Source: an uncultured Bacillales bacterium (GTDB lineage: Bacteria; Bacillota_I; Bacilli_A; RFN20; CAG-288). From it: 64,000 bases of DNA. Location of the stretch: NCBI GenBank assembly GCA_949287425.1, contig CASEGJ010000003.1, positions 8,993 to 72,992 of the forward strand. The letters run 5' to 3'. A program made the translations under genes and the position numbers. The notes beneath the pieces were generated by a model. It was given only the letters and a program-made list of their open reading frames with translations. It had not been told where the DNA came from and did not search any database. Shown here piece after piece: positions 1 to 11,512 of this stretch (its first letter is position 1; each line of letters starts with the position of its first letter).

Positions 1-90
1 TTATCTAGCGCAGCTCAATATAAAATGAGTGATAGAATAAGATAAGCTCTTCCATTCACTTTATAGTCTTAGTTATGAAAGGAATTAATT

Positions 91-306
91 ATGAAAAAAG
101 TTCACGCTGTATTGACAATCTACGATTATTTATTAAACAAAAAATCGTTCAAGACTAGAGACATCGAACAATTAACCGGTTGCTCTAATAGAACTTGTGT
201 TCGTTATATCAAAGATATAAGAACTTATTTAGAACAATCTGGTCAAAACGTTGCTTTAGTTTATTCTAAACAATTAAAGTCTTTCGTCTTAGCTGAAAAA
301 GAATAA
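91..306 (+). CDS. Small stand-alone winged helix-turn-helix protein (HTH_11/DeoR-like)
   Basis: 71-aa ORF with GAAAGGA RBS; the segment 'TRDIEQLTGCSNRTCVRYIKDIR' matches the wHTH pattern 'eLA..lgvS.RTi.RdI..L'. Confidence 0.65.
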   Translation: MKKVHAVLTIYDYLLNKKSFKTRDIEQLTGCSNRTCVRYIKDIRTYLEQSGQNVALVYSKQLKSFVLAEKE

Positions 307-371
307 TCTTTATTAGTTTGCTTTTATAACTATCTTTAAGTAAATATCTATTTGATAATAAATCAACAACT

Positions 372-442
372 AGGGATAAATAAGACCTATAAGCCTAAAA
401 TTAACAAAAAATAGATGGTTTTGTTTTATTTACCCCTTTTTT
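372..442 (+). terminator. Imperfect long hairpin followed by a T-tract, probable terminator of the HTH gene
   Basis: AGGGATAAATAA (372-383) pairs 11/12 with TTATTTACCCCT (426-437), followed by TTTTT. Confidence 0.35.
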
Positions 443-471
443 CATGCCTTCAAAATAAATTTTTTAACAAA

Positions 472-498
472 TTAGCACTCTTGTATTGACATTGCTAA
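472..498 (+). promoter_or_regulatory. CIRCE element (HrcA operator)
   Basis: TTAGCACTC-N9-CATTGCTAA versus consensus TTAGCACTC-N9-GAGTGCTAA, directly upstream of groES. Confidence 0.85.
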
Positions 499-513
499 TT
501 TTTAAGATAGAAT
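486..513 (+). promoter_or_regulatory. Sigma-A promoter of groESL, overlapping CIRCE
   Basis: TTGACA (486-491), 16-bp spacer, TAGAAT (508-513). Confidence 0.7.
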
Positions 514-546
514 ATGTATTGTAAGCAAAAAAAGGAGTTTAAAAAT

Positions 547-2462
<1,916 letters not shown>

Positions 2463-2486
2463 TTCGATAATTAATTTTATCCAAGC

Positions 2487-2525
2487 AAAAAGACTAGTTA
2501 AATTTTACAAGCTAGTCTTTTTTTT
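2487..2525. terminator. Bidirectional intrinsic terminator between groEL and rpiB
   Basis: AAAAAGACTAGT...GCTAGTCTTTTTTTT between convergent genes. Confidence 0.8.
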
Positions 2526-2532
2526 AGATTTT

Positions 2533-2988
2533 TTATTTTTCCTGTTCAAATTCAGAAATCATATCAACTCTAATTTGATGTCTGCCTTCTAAAAATGGAG
2601 TATTTAAAAAGATTTTTGCACATTCTAATGCTTCATCTTTATCGATATATTTAGCGCCGAAAGCCATCATATTTGCATTGTTATGTTCTCTAGTTAATCT
2701 AGCTGTGTCTTTGTTATATATTAATCCACAACGAATAGATTTAACCTTGTTAGCACAAATACATACTCCTTCTCCAGTAGTGCATATCACTATTCCATAA
2801 TCAGCCTGATGTAGCTGAACTTTCTTAGCAACTTTAAAAGCAAATTCAGGATAATTACATGAAGCTTCAGAATAAGTTCCACAATCAATCAAATTATAGC
2901 CTTCTTTAATTAAATTATTAATTAAATAAGTTTTTAATTGAAATCCGCCGTGATCACTTCCAATTGCAATATTTAATTGTTTTTCCAT
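2533..2988 (-). CDS. rpiB: Ribose-5-phosphate isomerase B
   Basis: 'IAIGSDHGG', 'GIVICTTGEG', 'REHNNAN', 'GRHQIRV'. Confidence 0.93.
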   Translation of the reverse strand: MEKQLNIAIGSDHGGFQLKTYLINNLIKEGYNLIDCGTYSEASCNYPEFAFKVAKKVQLHQADYGIVICTTGEGVCICANKVKSIRCGLIYNKDTARLTREHNNANMMAFGAKYIDKDEALECAKIFLNTPFLEGRHQIRVDMISEFEQEK

Positions 2989-2990
2989 TT

Positions 2991-3611
2991 TTATTCTCCT
3001 TTATATACTTTTAATATTTCATCAAAACTAAGTTCTCCTAATCTAATTAATTTAATTTGATTTGGATTAGTAAAATCAACTATTGTCGATGGTTTACTTG
3101 GAATGTAAGCGTCGTCAATTATATATTCAATTTGTCCTTTAAATTGATTATATACTTCTTCAGGTTTTAATAAAGGTGGCATTGAAGAAAGATTAGCTGA
3201 AGGAACTAATAATGGTTTACCAACTCTAGAAATAAAATCTTGCAACTTAGAATTAGATGATATTCTTATACCTATTGAAGGACTATTTAAGCTAACTTGA
3301 TAAGGCAAATTCGCTTTAGGTTTTAATAACAAAGTTAATGGACCAGGTACAAATTGAGAAATAACCCTTTGAATTTTATCATCAATATAAGCAAATTTAT
3401 TAAAATCAAAATCTTTTCCACCCATTAAAGTAAACGGTTTATTAGGTGGCCTTTTTTTTATTTCAACTAGTTTTAAAAAAGCTCGATAATTATCATAAAC
3501 ACATCCTAAGCCATAAACTGTTTCAGTTGGAAAAGCGATTACTTGTCCATCTTGTAAAGCTTTAACCCCTAAAGAAGAAGAAAATTTAATAAATTTAGTT
3601 GAACATTCCAT
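2991..3611 (-). CDS. tsaC: L-threonylcarbamoyladenylate synthase (YrdC/Sua5 family)
   Basis: 'AFPTETVYGLG', 'KKRPPNKP', 'PGPLTL', 'PSANLS', 'PSTIVD'. Confidence 0.92.
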   Translation of the reverse strand: MECSTKFIKFSSSLGVKALQDGQVIAFPTETVYGLGCVYDNYRAFLKLVEIKKRPPNKPFTLMGGKDFDFNKFAYIDDKIQRVISQFVPGPLTLLLKPKANLPYQVSLNSPSIGIRISSNSKLQDFISRVGKPLLVPSANLSSMPPLLKPEEVYNQFKGQIEYIIDDAYIPSKPSTIVDFTNPNQIKLIRLGELSFDEILKVYKGE

Positions 3612-3733
3612 ACGTAAAAATTATATCACTAACATTTTAAATCGAATGTAAAATTCAAAGTAGCTTTTAAAATAAACTTAATACAAATTATGCTAAAATA
3701 ATTAATTAGAAAAGATACTATTATTTCTAAATT

Positions 3734-6700
3734 ATGTCAAAAGTTAAATTTAATGAAATTGTTTCATCTTTAAAAAGCGAATGTGAATCCTGTCCCTTTT
3801 TAAAAATGAATTTTTCTAACATCAATCAAATAGATATAATTACTAATTCACAAGGTCTATTTTTAGAAAATTTATTTAAAAACACCTCTTTTTCGTTTGT
3901 TAATTTTTTTGATACAAATACTAGTTTAAATGATGATGTAATTAAGTTTAATCAAATTGAAATTCAAAAGAAAGCTAAATATAACATCAACGAAATTGAA
4001 GAATTATTAAAAACTCAACCTTTAAAATATAACGAATTAACAACCACTCTACTTAGCAATCAACAAAGCAAACAATTAACCTCTTTATTAAATCAAGATG
4101 ATGTTTTTCTTACTTTTTTAAACCTTTATTATCAAAAAAAGGATTCTAAAACAATATATTCAACACCTTTGTTATTTTTTAAGGTCAAATTATTTTTCAA
4201 AGATAATTCGATAAACTTATCTTTAGACTATAATACCTATCTATTTAACAGCTTAATTATCAATCAATTAAAACGCGATTATAACATCGATTTAACATAT
4301 TCAAAATACACTTTTAATTTAGAAGAATATATTTTAGAAACGCAAAAGAAAATCAGCAATTTTCATTTTGGAATCGATTGTGTTTTTTCTTTAATTAAAT
4401 TTGATGTTTTTAAATATTTAAAACTCGATACCGTTTTAGAATATTTCGATTCCAACTATCATACTAGCAATGATGTTTTTTTACATTTAAATAATGAATT
4501 TACCCCTACAAATCTCACTTATAATTCAAAATCAACTCAACTTGATTTTGTTCAACAAGCCATCAATCAATTGCAAAACCATTCAATAATTCAAGTTGAT
4601 AAATTAAACAAATTTTCCACTCGTTTTATAAAAGAAACAATTAATGAACACATATTTAAGAAACAAAACGTTCTTTTTATAACACCTTCCAAAAATAAAG
4701 AAGATGAGCTAAGGAAAATGCTTATTCAAAATTATTATGATGGCTTTTTCTTGCCGGTTCACGTTTATGATCCAAATTTTTCTATCTTTTCTTTAATTAA
4801 AAATAGCAAAAATAAAACCAATTATATTCTCGATTCAAATTTAATCTACCAAAAACAAGAAGTTTCCGAACTAAACGATGAATTTCAGCATCTTTCCTCT
4901 GAATTATGTCAAATAGGAACATCATTACAAGAAGACGATTTTGAAATTTTCACACATTATTATTCAAACGCATGTCTAGCTAATCAAATTTTTGAATTTA
5001 GAACAGATCAAGAATATTCATTTAATAATTATTTGACAGATTTAGATTTTTTAAAATTTTTAAGCGAAAATAAATACTATGATACACATGGCATTTTAAA
5101 TAATAAATATCATTTAATTTCCAATTTACTTAACGATTATGAATATGATGATTTTATTAAATTTATTAAACAAACCCTGCAAGAATTTAACATTTTTTAT
5201 CAGCTTTTAGATCAATCACATATAAAAGAGTCAAATTTTTCTAATTTTACATTTATAAATCAAGTTCTAAAAATCATTAAAGAAATAAATATATTTACCG
5301 ATTTTAATTTTTTTAATCTCGATTATTTTAATTTCGATTTTTCAAAACAAAATTTAGATTATTCTAACCAATTAAAAGATTGTTATAGAACTCATGCTTC
5401 AATTCATTTAACTTTAGATATGGTGTGTAATCAAGATGTTTGGAAATTAAATTTTCAAGATGTTTTGAACTCTTTAAAAGATAAAAAGGCAGAGAAAGAA
5501 ACGCGTAAGATGTTTAGAAACATCATCAAAATATCCCCATTTAGCAAAACGTATAAATCCGTTTTAATCTTGCTTGATAAATATATCAAAAACGAGGAAT
5601 TAACTAACCAATTAAAAGAAAAGCTTTATCCTTATTTTAAAGATGAATGTTTAAGTTTAGATGGCTTATTAAACTTAGATAAAATTGCAAAATATATAGA
5701 TAGTTATAAACAATTTCAAGCCAATCACCCTGATTACGATTTTCACAGTGATTTTACAAAACAAGTTTTTACTAACAAATCTTATTTTGAAGAAATTAAA
5801 CTCGGTATTGAGAATTTACAAAAACAATTTCAAAAGATTCAAGAAAATTTAAACAAACTATTAATTATCTTACCTAATGATAGTTTTAACTATTTAAATT
5901 CCTCTTTTGAAGAAATAAACAAACACTTAAATAATTATCTAACTGGAACCAAAGAAGAATTTATAACAGCCTTAACCTTTAATAAGCTCTACAATAAAAC
6001 ATCGTATTTTATTAAACAAGCGATTCAACAATCTCCTGCTGAAAATTTAAATAATTTTTCTATAAACTTTCAAACCTCTATCAATCAATATGTACTATTG
6101 GATAACTTCAATCGTATCGGTGGAATTAAAACTCTAGAAACAGCCAATTCTATTTTAAATGAATTTTATACTAAAAATAATTCTGTAATTGAAAACTTAG
6201 ATTTAGATTTGATTAATTTCTTTAATAAAGCTAAAGATCAATTGATTAACTTACCTTCTTTTAATCAGACTTTAAGCCAACTAAAACGCGAATATCAAAA
6301 TGGTCAAATTTATTCCTTGTTTAGAAGTATAGATGTATCTGGGTATTTGCTTTATCACCTTAATCCTATTGAAATCATCAATATTTATTCTGCGATTTAT
6401 TTAAAAAACTATAAATTTAATTTAGCTATTGTTGATTTAGAACAAATCTCATTAGAAGATTTGCTGTTCTCATTTTTATTAGCAGACAAAGTTATTCTAA
6501 TTGGAAATTTAACTCATCAAATAGAAAATTGTATTCCACATTTTCAAGCGAGTTTATCAACCGATTTATCTATATATACATACTCTTTACCAAAAGAAGT
6601 GTTAAATAGAATTATTAATTGTTTTAATAGACATAACATCAAATTAGAATTAAATAAAAAGATAGACGATTTTACTATCGGTTATTATTTTGAAGTTAAC

Positions 6701-7300
6701 AACAATAAATTCGCTTTAAAAGTAGAAACATCTAAAGATATCTTAACTTTTAAAAATTGTAATTTAATTCCATCGTTTTTATATAATAATTATCAAATTA
6801 AAACAAAATATTTATATTTAATCCCATTTATCATTTATGAAGATTTATCTGTTCTTTTACTATATAACGAGATTGATTTTAATAAAAATCAAGAACTCGT
6901 TGAAAAGAAAAAATACGATTCATTAACATATGAACAAAAAAGAAGAGTTGATTACTTTTCAATGTTAGATAAAATCTCTCAATCTTTTAAAGAATATTCA
7001 CCTAATCAAGAAGAAAAGATAACAAAAATAACCCCTTTAAGAAGATCCAATTTAAAATTAAGAGCTGTTGAAACAATTTCTTATTTAGAAATCGCTGGTG
7101 GTATCTTAACCTTCCTTTCTAAATTTTCATATTTAAATAAACAAACTTTATTAAAAAGAATAGCGTTAGTAATTGGAACAACAGAAAAAGATATAAATTA
7201 TAATATTCTATTTAACAAAGCATGTTCTTTTTTAGAAGAAGAAAATTTAATTGAAGCAAAAGAAAACCGCTTATATTTAAAGCGGCAATCTAATATATAA
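3734..7300 (+). CDS. Large DUF4011 / SF1-helicase / Vsr-like (MTES_1575) / C-terminal wHTH architecture protein with degenerate catalytic motifs
   Basis: DUF4011-like 'VFLTFLNLYY...STPLLFFKVKL...FNSLIINQLKRDYNIDL'; helicase-like 'KKQNVLFITPSK' and 'FNLAIVDLEQISLEDLLFSFLLADKVILIGN'; Vsr-like 'HNIKLELNKKIDDFTIGYY...FALKVET'; DUF3320-like C-terminus. Confidence 0.6.
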   Translation: MSKVKFNEIVSSLKSECESCPFLKMNFSNINQIDIITNSQGLFLENLFKNTSFSFVNFFDTNTSLNDDVIKFNQIEIQKKAKYNINEIEELLKTQPLKYNELTTTLLSNQQSKQLTSLLNQDDVFLTFLNLYYQKKDSKTIYSTPLLFFKVKLFFKDNSINLSLDYNTYLFNSLIINQLKRDYNIDLTYSKYTFNLEEYILETQKKISNFHFGIDCVFSLIKFDVFKYLKLDTVLEYFDSNYHTSNDVFLHLNNEFTPTNLTYNSKSTQLDFVQQAINQLQNHSIIQVDKLNKFSTRFIKETINEHIFKKQNVLFITPSKNKEDELRKMLIQNYYDGFFLPVHVYDPNFSIFSLIKNSKNKTNYILDSNLIYQKQEVSELNDEFQHLSSELCQIGTSLQEDDFEIFTHYYSNACLANQIFEFRTDQEYSFNNYLTDLDFLKFLSENKYYDTHGILNNKYHLISNLLNDYEYDDFIKFIKQTLQEFNIFYQLLDQSHIKESNFSNFTFINQVLKIIKEINIFTDFNFFNLDYFNFDFSKQNLDYSNQLKDCYRTHASIHLTLDMVCNQDVWKLNFQDVLNSLKDKKAEKETRKMFRNIIKISPFSKTYKSVLILLDKYIKNEELTNQLKEKLYPYFKDECLSLDGLLNLDKIAKYIDSYKQFQANHPDYDFHSDFTKQVFTNKSYFEEIKLGIENLQKQFQKIQENLNKLLIILPNDSFNYLNSSFEEINKHLNNYLTGTKEEFITALTFNKLYNKTSYFIKQAIQQSPAENLNNFSINFQTSINQYVLLDNFNRIGGIKTLETANSILNEFYTKNNSVIENLDLDLINFFNKAKDQLINLPSFNQTLSQLKREYQNGQIYSLFRSIDVSGYLLYHLNPIEIINIYSAIYLKNYKFNLAIVDLEQISLEDLLFSFLLADKVILIGNLTHQIENCIPHFQASLSTDLSIYTYSLPKEVLNRIINCFNRHNIKLELNKKIDDFTIGYYFEVNNNKFALKVETSKDILTFKNCNLIPSFLYNNYQIKTKYLYLIPFIIYEDLSVLLLYNEIDFNKNQELVEKKKYDSLTYEQKRRVDYFSMLDKISQSFKEYSPNQEEKITKITPLRRSNLKLRAVETISYLEIAGGILTFLSKFSYLNKQTLLKRIALVIGTTEKDINYNILFNKACSFLEEENLIEAKENRLYLKRQSNI

Positions 7301-7314
7301 ATTAATTTTAATAC

Positions 7315-7560
7315 TTATTTTTTACGTCTATTTTCAATATAGTCTAAATATTCTCTAGGATCTGCTTTATATTTTTTAATAATGCACATTATTAAATCTA
7401 AAATATTCCACAATTCACCAATAGCGCACATGTTAGAAATTAATTTTATTAAAAACAATTTCCATCCTGCAGATTTCATTACATAAAATTTATCAACACC
7501 TAACCAACCAAAGAACAATATTATTAGAAATAACCATATATCAAATTTTTCTTCTTCCAT
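7315..7560 (-). CDS. TM2-domain small membrane protein
   Basis: 'LFFGWLGVDKFY...LWNILDLIMCI' is the TM2 signature; GGAG RBS. Confidence 0.8.
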   Translation of the reverse strand: MEEEKFDIWLFLIILFFGWLGVDKFYVMKSAGWKLFLIKLISNMCAIGELWNILDLIMCIIKKYKADPREYLDYIENRRKK

Positions 7561-7679
7561 ATTAAACTCCTAACTTACTCAATTAATTATAAAGATGTTA
7601 AGCATTTTATTCAACATTTATTAGTTTCATCAAATCCGTTATTTGTTTTATACTTTATAAGTATATAAAGGAATAAATT

Positions 7680-8543
7680 ATGAATAATAAAACTTTAATT
7701 CAAAAAGACAATGATATTTCTCATATTATAGTTAAAAAATATCGCTTTAAACTTTGGAACCCGTTTATTAAAGCAATTAAACAATATCAATTAATTCAAC
7801 CAAACGATAGAATTTGTGTATGTATTTCCGGAGGAAAAGATTCTATGCTTATGGCAAAGCTTTTTTCAATACTTCATAAATACACTGAAATTCCATTTGA
7901 TGTTGAATATTTGGTAATGAATCCTGGTTATAATCCAAAAAATCTAGACTTAATTAAGTATAATTTAAATAAACTTGAAATCCCCGCTAAAATTGTAGAA
8001 ACAAACATCTTTGCTGTCGCTAATATGCAAACTCAATCACCTTGTTATTTATGTGCCAAGATGAGAAGAGGAGCGCTATATCGAATCGCTAAAGACGAAC
8101 TTAATTGTAACAAAATTGCACTTGGTCATCATTATGATGATGTAATTGAAACGACATTAATGAACATGTTAAATGCAGGAAGTTTTCAAACTATGCTACC
8201 TAAATTACATTCAGAGAATTATCCTGGTATGGAATTAATTAGACCATTATATTTACTTCGAGAAAAAGATATTATTCAATTTAAAAATTATTGTGAACTT
8301 GAATTTTTACAATGCGCCTGCAAATTTACCGAACAATCAACATATACTCCTGAAATTGTTGCTTCAATGCGCAAAAAGACAAAGGAGCTAATTAAAGAGC
8401 TTATGAAAAACTACTCTCCCACAGTAGATAAATGTATTTTTAGAGCTGCATGCAACGTAAATATGGATCTTGTTTTAGGATATAAAAAACATGGTAAAAT
8501 GCATACTTTTCTTGATGAATACAACGGACAAGAAGGCGAGTAG
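7680..8543 (+). CDS. ttcA: TtcA-family tRNA 2-thiocytidine biosynthesis protein (PP-loop)
   Basis: 'CISGGKDS', 'SPCYLCAKMRRG', 'KIALGHHYDD', 'LIRPL'. Confidence 0.85.
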   Translation: MNNKTLIQKDNDISHIIVKKYRFKLWNPFIKAIKQYQLIQPNDRICVCISGGKDSMLMAKLFSILHKYTEIPFDVEYLVMNPGYNPKNLDLIKYNLNKLEIPAKIVETNIFAVANMQTQSPCYLCAKMRRGALYRIAKDELNCNKIALGHHYDDVIETTLMNMLNAGSFQTMLPKLHSENYPGMELIRPLYLLREKDIIQFKNYCELEFLQCACKFTEQSTYTPEIVASMRKKTKELIKELMKNYSPTVDKCIFRAACNVNMDLVLGYKKHGKMHTFLDEYNGQEGE

Positions 8544-8652
8544 TTATATAACAACTTGTTATAAATAACAAAAGTTGTTAATATGAAAAAACACGTATAG
8601 ATAGGTGCTTTTTCATACTTTTTGCTTTATAAACCCCCTTTTTACTTTTATG

Positions 8653-8681
8653 TTGATTTTTTTTAAATTAATAATTATACT
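8653..8681 (+). promoter_or_regulatory. Sigma-A promoter of the serS leader
   Basis: TTGATT (8653-8658), 17-bp spacer, TATACT (8676-8681). Confidence 0.65.
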
Positions 8682-8687
8682 ATTAGC

Positions 8688-8885
8688 GTTAATAAGGCTA
8701 AGCCTAGTAACTAATTTGTTCATTTTTAGAGAGTGTTGATTGGTGAAAATACACATTGATTAATTAGTGAATTCCAGCTTGTTTATATTCCTTATTTACA
8801 AACTAATAAGATAGATTTCAAACATCTATGAAATTGGGTGGCACCACGATAAATTCGTCCCATGTAACTGTGGGATTTTTTTATT
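8688..8885 (+). ncRNA. T-box riboswitch (serine-specific)
   Basis: AGTA, AGAGA and GGTGAAA stem-I motifs; specifier TCC (8773-8775) followed by A; T-box AAATTGGGTGGCACCACG (8831-8848), whose UGGC fits a G73 discriminator of tRNA-Ser; terminator GTCCCAT...GTGGGAT plus T-tract; serS directly downstream. Confidence 0.92.
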
Positions 8886-8904
8886 CCAAAGAAAGGAGAA
8901 CGAT

Positions 8905-10182
8905 ATGTTAGATATAAAATTTATTAGAGAACATTTAGAAGAGGTTATTGAAAGACTTAACACTAGAAATGGCGATTATTCTTATTTAAGAGAAATTCCT
9001 AATTTAGACGCTAAAAGAAAAGAGCTCATTCAAAAAAGCGATGGTTTAAAAGCTGAAAGAAATGAAAAATCTAAACTTGTTGGCCAATATAAACGTGAAG
9101 GTAAAGACGCAAGTCAAATCATGCAAGCTATTACTAATTCCAAAGAGGAAATTGCTAAACTAGATAAAGAATTAGCAGAAATTGATGAAAAGATTAAACA
9201 AATACTATTAGCTACTCCTAATTTGCCAGATAAATCATTACCTATTGGGAAAGACGATACTTTTAATGAAGTGGTTTTTAAATGGGGTGAACCTAGACAA
9301 TTTGATTTTCCAATTCTCTCACATTGGGATTTAGGAGCTAAAAAAGGATATTTTGATCCTGAAAGAGCCGCTAAAGTAGCCGGTCCAAGATTCACTTTCT
9401 ATAAAGGTCCTTTTGCTAAACTAGAAAGAGCGGTCGCTAATTTCATGTTAGATACACATACTAAAAACGGATATACTGAAATTCTTCCTCCTTATTTAGT
9501 AAATACAGCTTCTTTTACAGGCACTGGTCAATTACCAAAATTTGCCAATCAAGCTTATCATGTCGATAATCAAACTGAAGGTGACTTCTGGATGATTCCA
9601 ACCGCTGAAGTTCCTGTTACTAACTATTTTAGAGAAGAAATTCTCGATGGAGATATCCTCCCTGTTAGATTTACAGCCTATTCTTCATGTTTTAGAGCTG
9701 AAGCTGGTGCGGCTGGAAGAGATACTCACGGATTAATTAGACAACATCAATTTCAAAAAGTTGAACTTGTAACATTTTGTAAACCTGAAGATTCTTTCAA
9801 AGAGCTTGAACATTTAACTAATGAAGCTGAAACAATTCTTCAACTATTAAAACTTCCTTATAGAAAAGTAGTATTATCTACTGGCGATGTCGGATTTAAT
9901 GCTGCAAAATGTTATGATTTAGAAGTTTGGCTACCTTCTTATAACGCCTATAAAGAAATCTCATCTTGTTCAAATGATACAGACTATCAAGCTAGAAGAA
10001 TGTCAATTAGATTCAAAAGAAGTAAAACTTCTCCAACTGAACTTGTTCATACTTTAAATGGATCAGGTCTAGCCGTTGGAAGAACTGTAGCCGCTATTAT
10101 TGAAAACTATCAAAATGCTGATGGTAGTATTACAATTCCTGATGTTTTAGTCCCATATATGGGTTGTAAAGTTATAGAATAA
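8905..10182 (+). CDS. serS: Serine--tRNA ligase
   Basis: 'MLDIKFIRE', 'GTGQLPKF', 'IPTAEVP', 'FRAEAGAAGRDT', 'EISSCSN', 'HTLNGSGLAVGRT'. Confidence 0.99.
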   Translation: MLDIKFIREHLEEVIERLNTRNGDYSYLREIPNLDAKRKELIQKSDGLKAERNEKSKLVGQYKREGKDASQIMQAITNSKEEIAKLDKELAEIDEKIKQILLATPNLPDKSLPIGKDDTFNEVVFKWGEPRQFDFPILSHWDLGAKKGYFDPERAAKVAGPRFTFYKGPFAKLERAVANFMLDTHTKNGYTEILPPYLVNTASFTGTGQLPKFANQAYHVDNQTEGDFWMIPTAEVPVTNYFREEILDGDILPVRFTAYSSCFRAEAGAAGRDTHGLIRQHQFQKVELVTFCKPEDSFKELEHLTNEAETILQLLKLPYRKVVLSTGDVGFNAAKCYDLEVWLPSYNAYKEISSCSNDTDYQARRMSIRFKRSKTSPTELVHTLNGSGLAVGRTVAAIIENYQNADGSITIPDVLVPYMGCKVIE

Positions 10183-10186
10183 TTGA

Positions 10187-10216
10187 AAAGCTGCTTGATT
10201 TAAATCAGGCAGCTTA
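10187..10216. terminator. Terminator between convergent serS and XRE genes
   Basis: AAGCTGCTTGATT-TA-AATCAGGCAGCTT inverted repeat. Confidence 0.75.
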
Positions 10217-10537
10217 TTTTTCATCATGGCTCAATTTTATATACTCTTCAATTTCAACTATTATATTTTTCATGTGTCTTTGTAACATTTGCTGTCTTTT
10301 TTTGTTTTCACTATTAGAAACCATCTTTCTAATTTGGCTTCTTCCAATTAAGTAATCCAAACTAACATCGAACAAATCAGCAATTTTACATAATTTATCA
10401 ACACTAGGTATACATACCCCATTTTCCCAGTTAGAATATGTTGAAACTTTGACCCCTAAATTAAAAGCGACTTCTTTTTGACAAAGATTTTTTTCTTCTC
10501 TTAAATCACACAATATCTTTGAAAAAGCTGTTTTCAT
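10214..10537 (-). CDS. XRE/Cro-CI family HTH transcriptional regulator
   Basis: 'LREEKNLCQKEVA...VSTYSNWENG...PSVDKLCKIADLFDVSLDYLIGR'; the ATG at 10537 (MKTAF) is the likelier start. Confidence 0.88.
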   Translation of the reverse strand: MKTAFSKILCDLREEKNLCQKEVAFNLGVKVSTYSNWENGVCIPSVDKLCKIADLFDVSLDYLIGRSQIRKMVSNSENKKRQQMLQRHMKNIIVEIEEYIKLSHDEK

Positions 10538-10628
10538 ATAAATTATTAAACAACAAAACATAACAACTTTTCGTTATTTAACAATTTAATTGTAAAATTA
10601 GCGTTTTATTACAACTACGTTGTATTTT

Positions 10629-11501
10629 TTATAATTCTGAATCATCATTTTTAAGAATTGTTTTATACATGTTAGGTCTTCTATCTCTATAGATTCCCCA
10701 ATTTCTTCTATATTCAGCAATTTTATCTAAATCAAAAGAATGTATTAAGATTTCTTCTTTATCTTTTGAAGCTTGTTCAACAACATTTCCTGCTTCATCT
10801 GCTATAAAAGAATTTCCGAAAAAAGTCATTGATGAATTAATATCATCTTCTTTGCCGATTCTATTAGAAGCAACAACAGGCATAATATTTAATGCTGCTT
10901 GCCCAACCATAGCATTTTGCCAGTGCTTTGAAGTGTCAATCGGTAAAATTGGTTCACTTCCAATAGCGGTTGGAAACATCAAATATTCCGCCCCTTTTAA
11001 CGCTAATGATCTCCCGACTTCTAAAAACCACTGATCCCAGCAAATAGCAATGCCTAAATTACCATATTTAGTTTTAAAAACTTTAAAACCAGTATCTCCT
11101 GGCGTAAAATAAAACTTTTCTTCATAGCATTGTCCAGTTGGAATATGAGTTTTTCTATATAGACCTAAATCAGTACCATCAGCATCAATTACAGCAATTG
11201 AATTAAAGTAACAATTACCTGATTTTTCAAAAAATGAAATAGGTAAAACAACATTATATTTTTTCGCAATTTGCTTAAAATGAGCTAAAGTCTTACTATT
11301 TTTATATTCTTCTGCATAATCAAAACGAGAATAATCTTCAATTTGACAAAAATATTTTCTTTCAAATAATTCTTGTAACAAAATAACATTAGCTCCTTGT
11401 TTACTAGCTTGAGCAATTAATTTATCTGCCTTAGCTATATTTTCTTCATAATTAGAACTACATTGCATTTGCGTTGCGGCTAAATTTACTATTCTTGACA
11501 T
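10629..11501 (-). CDS. aguB: N-carbamoylputrescine amidase (nitrilase superfamily)
   Basis: 'LLQELF', 'YRKTHIP', 'EKFYFTPGDTGF', 'ICWDQWF', 'PTAIGSEP'; adjacent to agmatine deiminase. Confidence 0.93.
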   Translation of the reverse strand: MSRIVNLAATQMQCSSNYEENIAKADKLIAQASKQGANVILLQELFERKYFCQIEDYSRFDYAEEYKNSKTLAHFKQIAKKYNVVLPISFFEKSGNCYFNSIAVIDADGTDLGLYRKTHIPTGQCYEEKFYFTPGDTGFKVFKTKYGNLGIAICWDQWFLEVGRSLALKGAEYLMFPTAIGSEPILPIDTSKHWQNAMVGQAALNIMPVVASNRIGKEDDINSSMTFFGNSFIADEAGNVVEQASKDKEEILIHSFDLDKIAEYRRNWGIYRDRRPNMYKTILKNDDSEL

Positions 11502-11512
11502 TTTTATCTCCT

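Noticed and set aside
514..546. Longer GroES start at 514 given by the ORF track
   Set aside because: It begins immediately after the -10 box, upstream of the likely transcript start; the RBS and GroES homology point to 547
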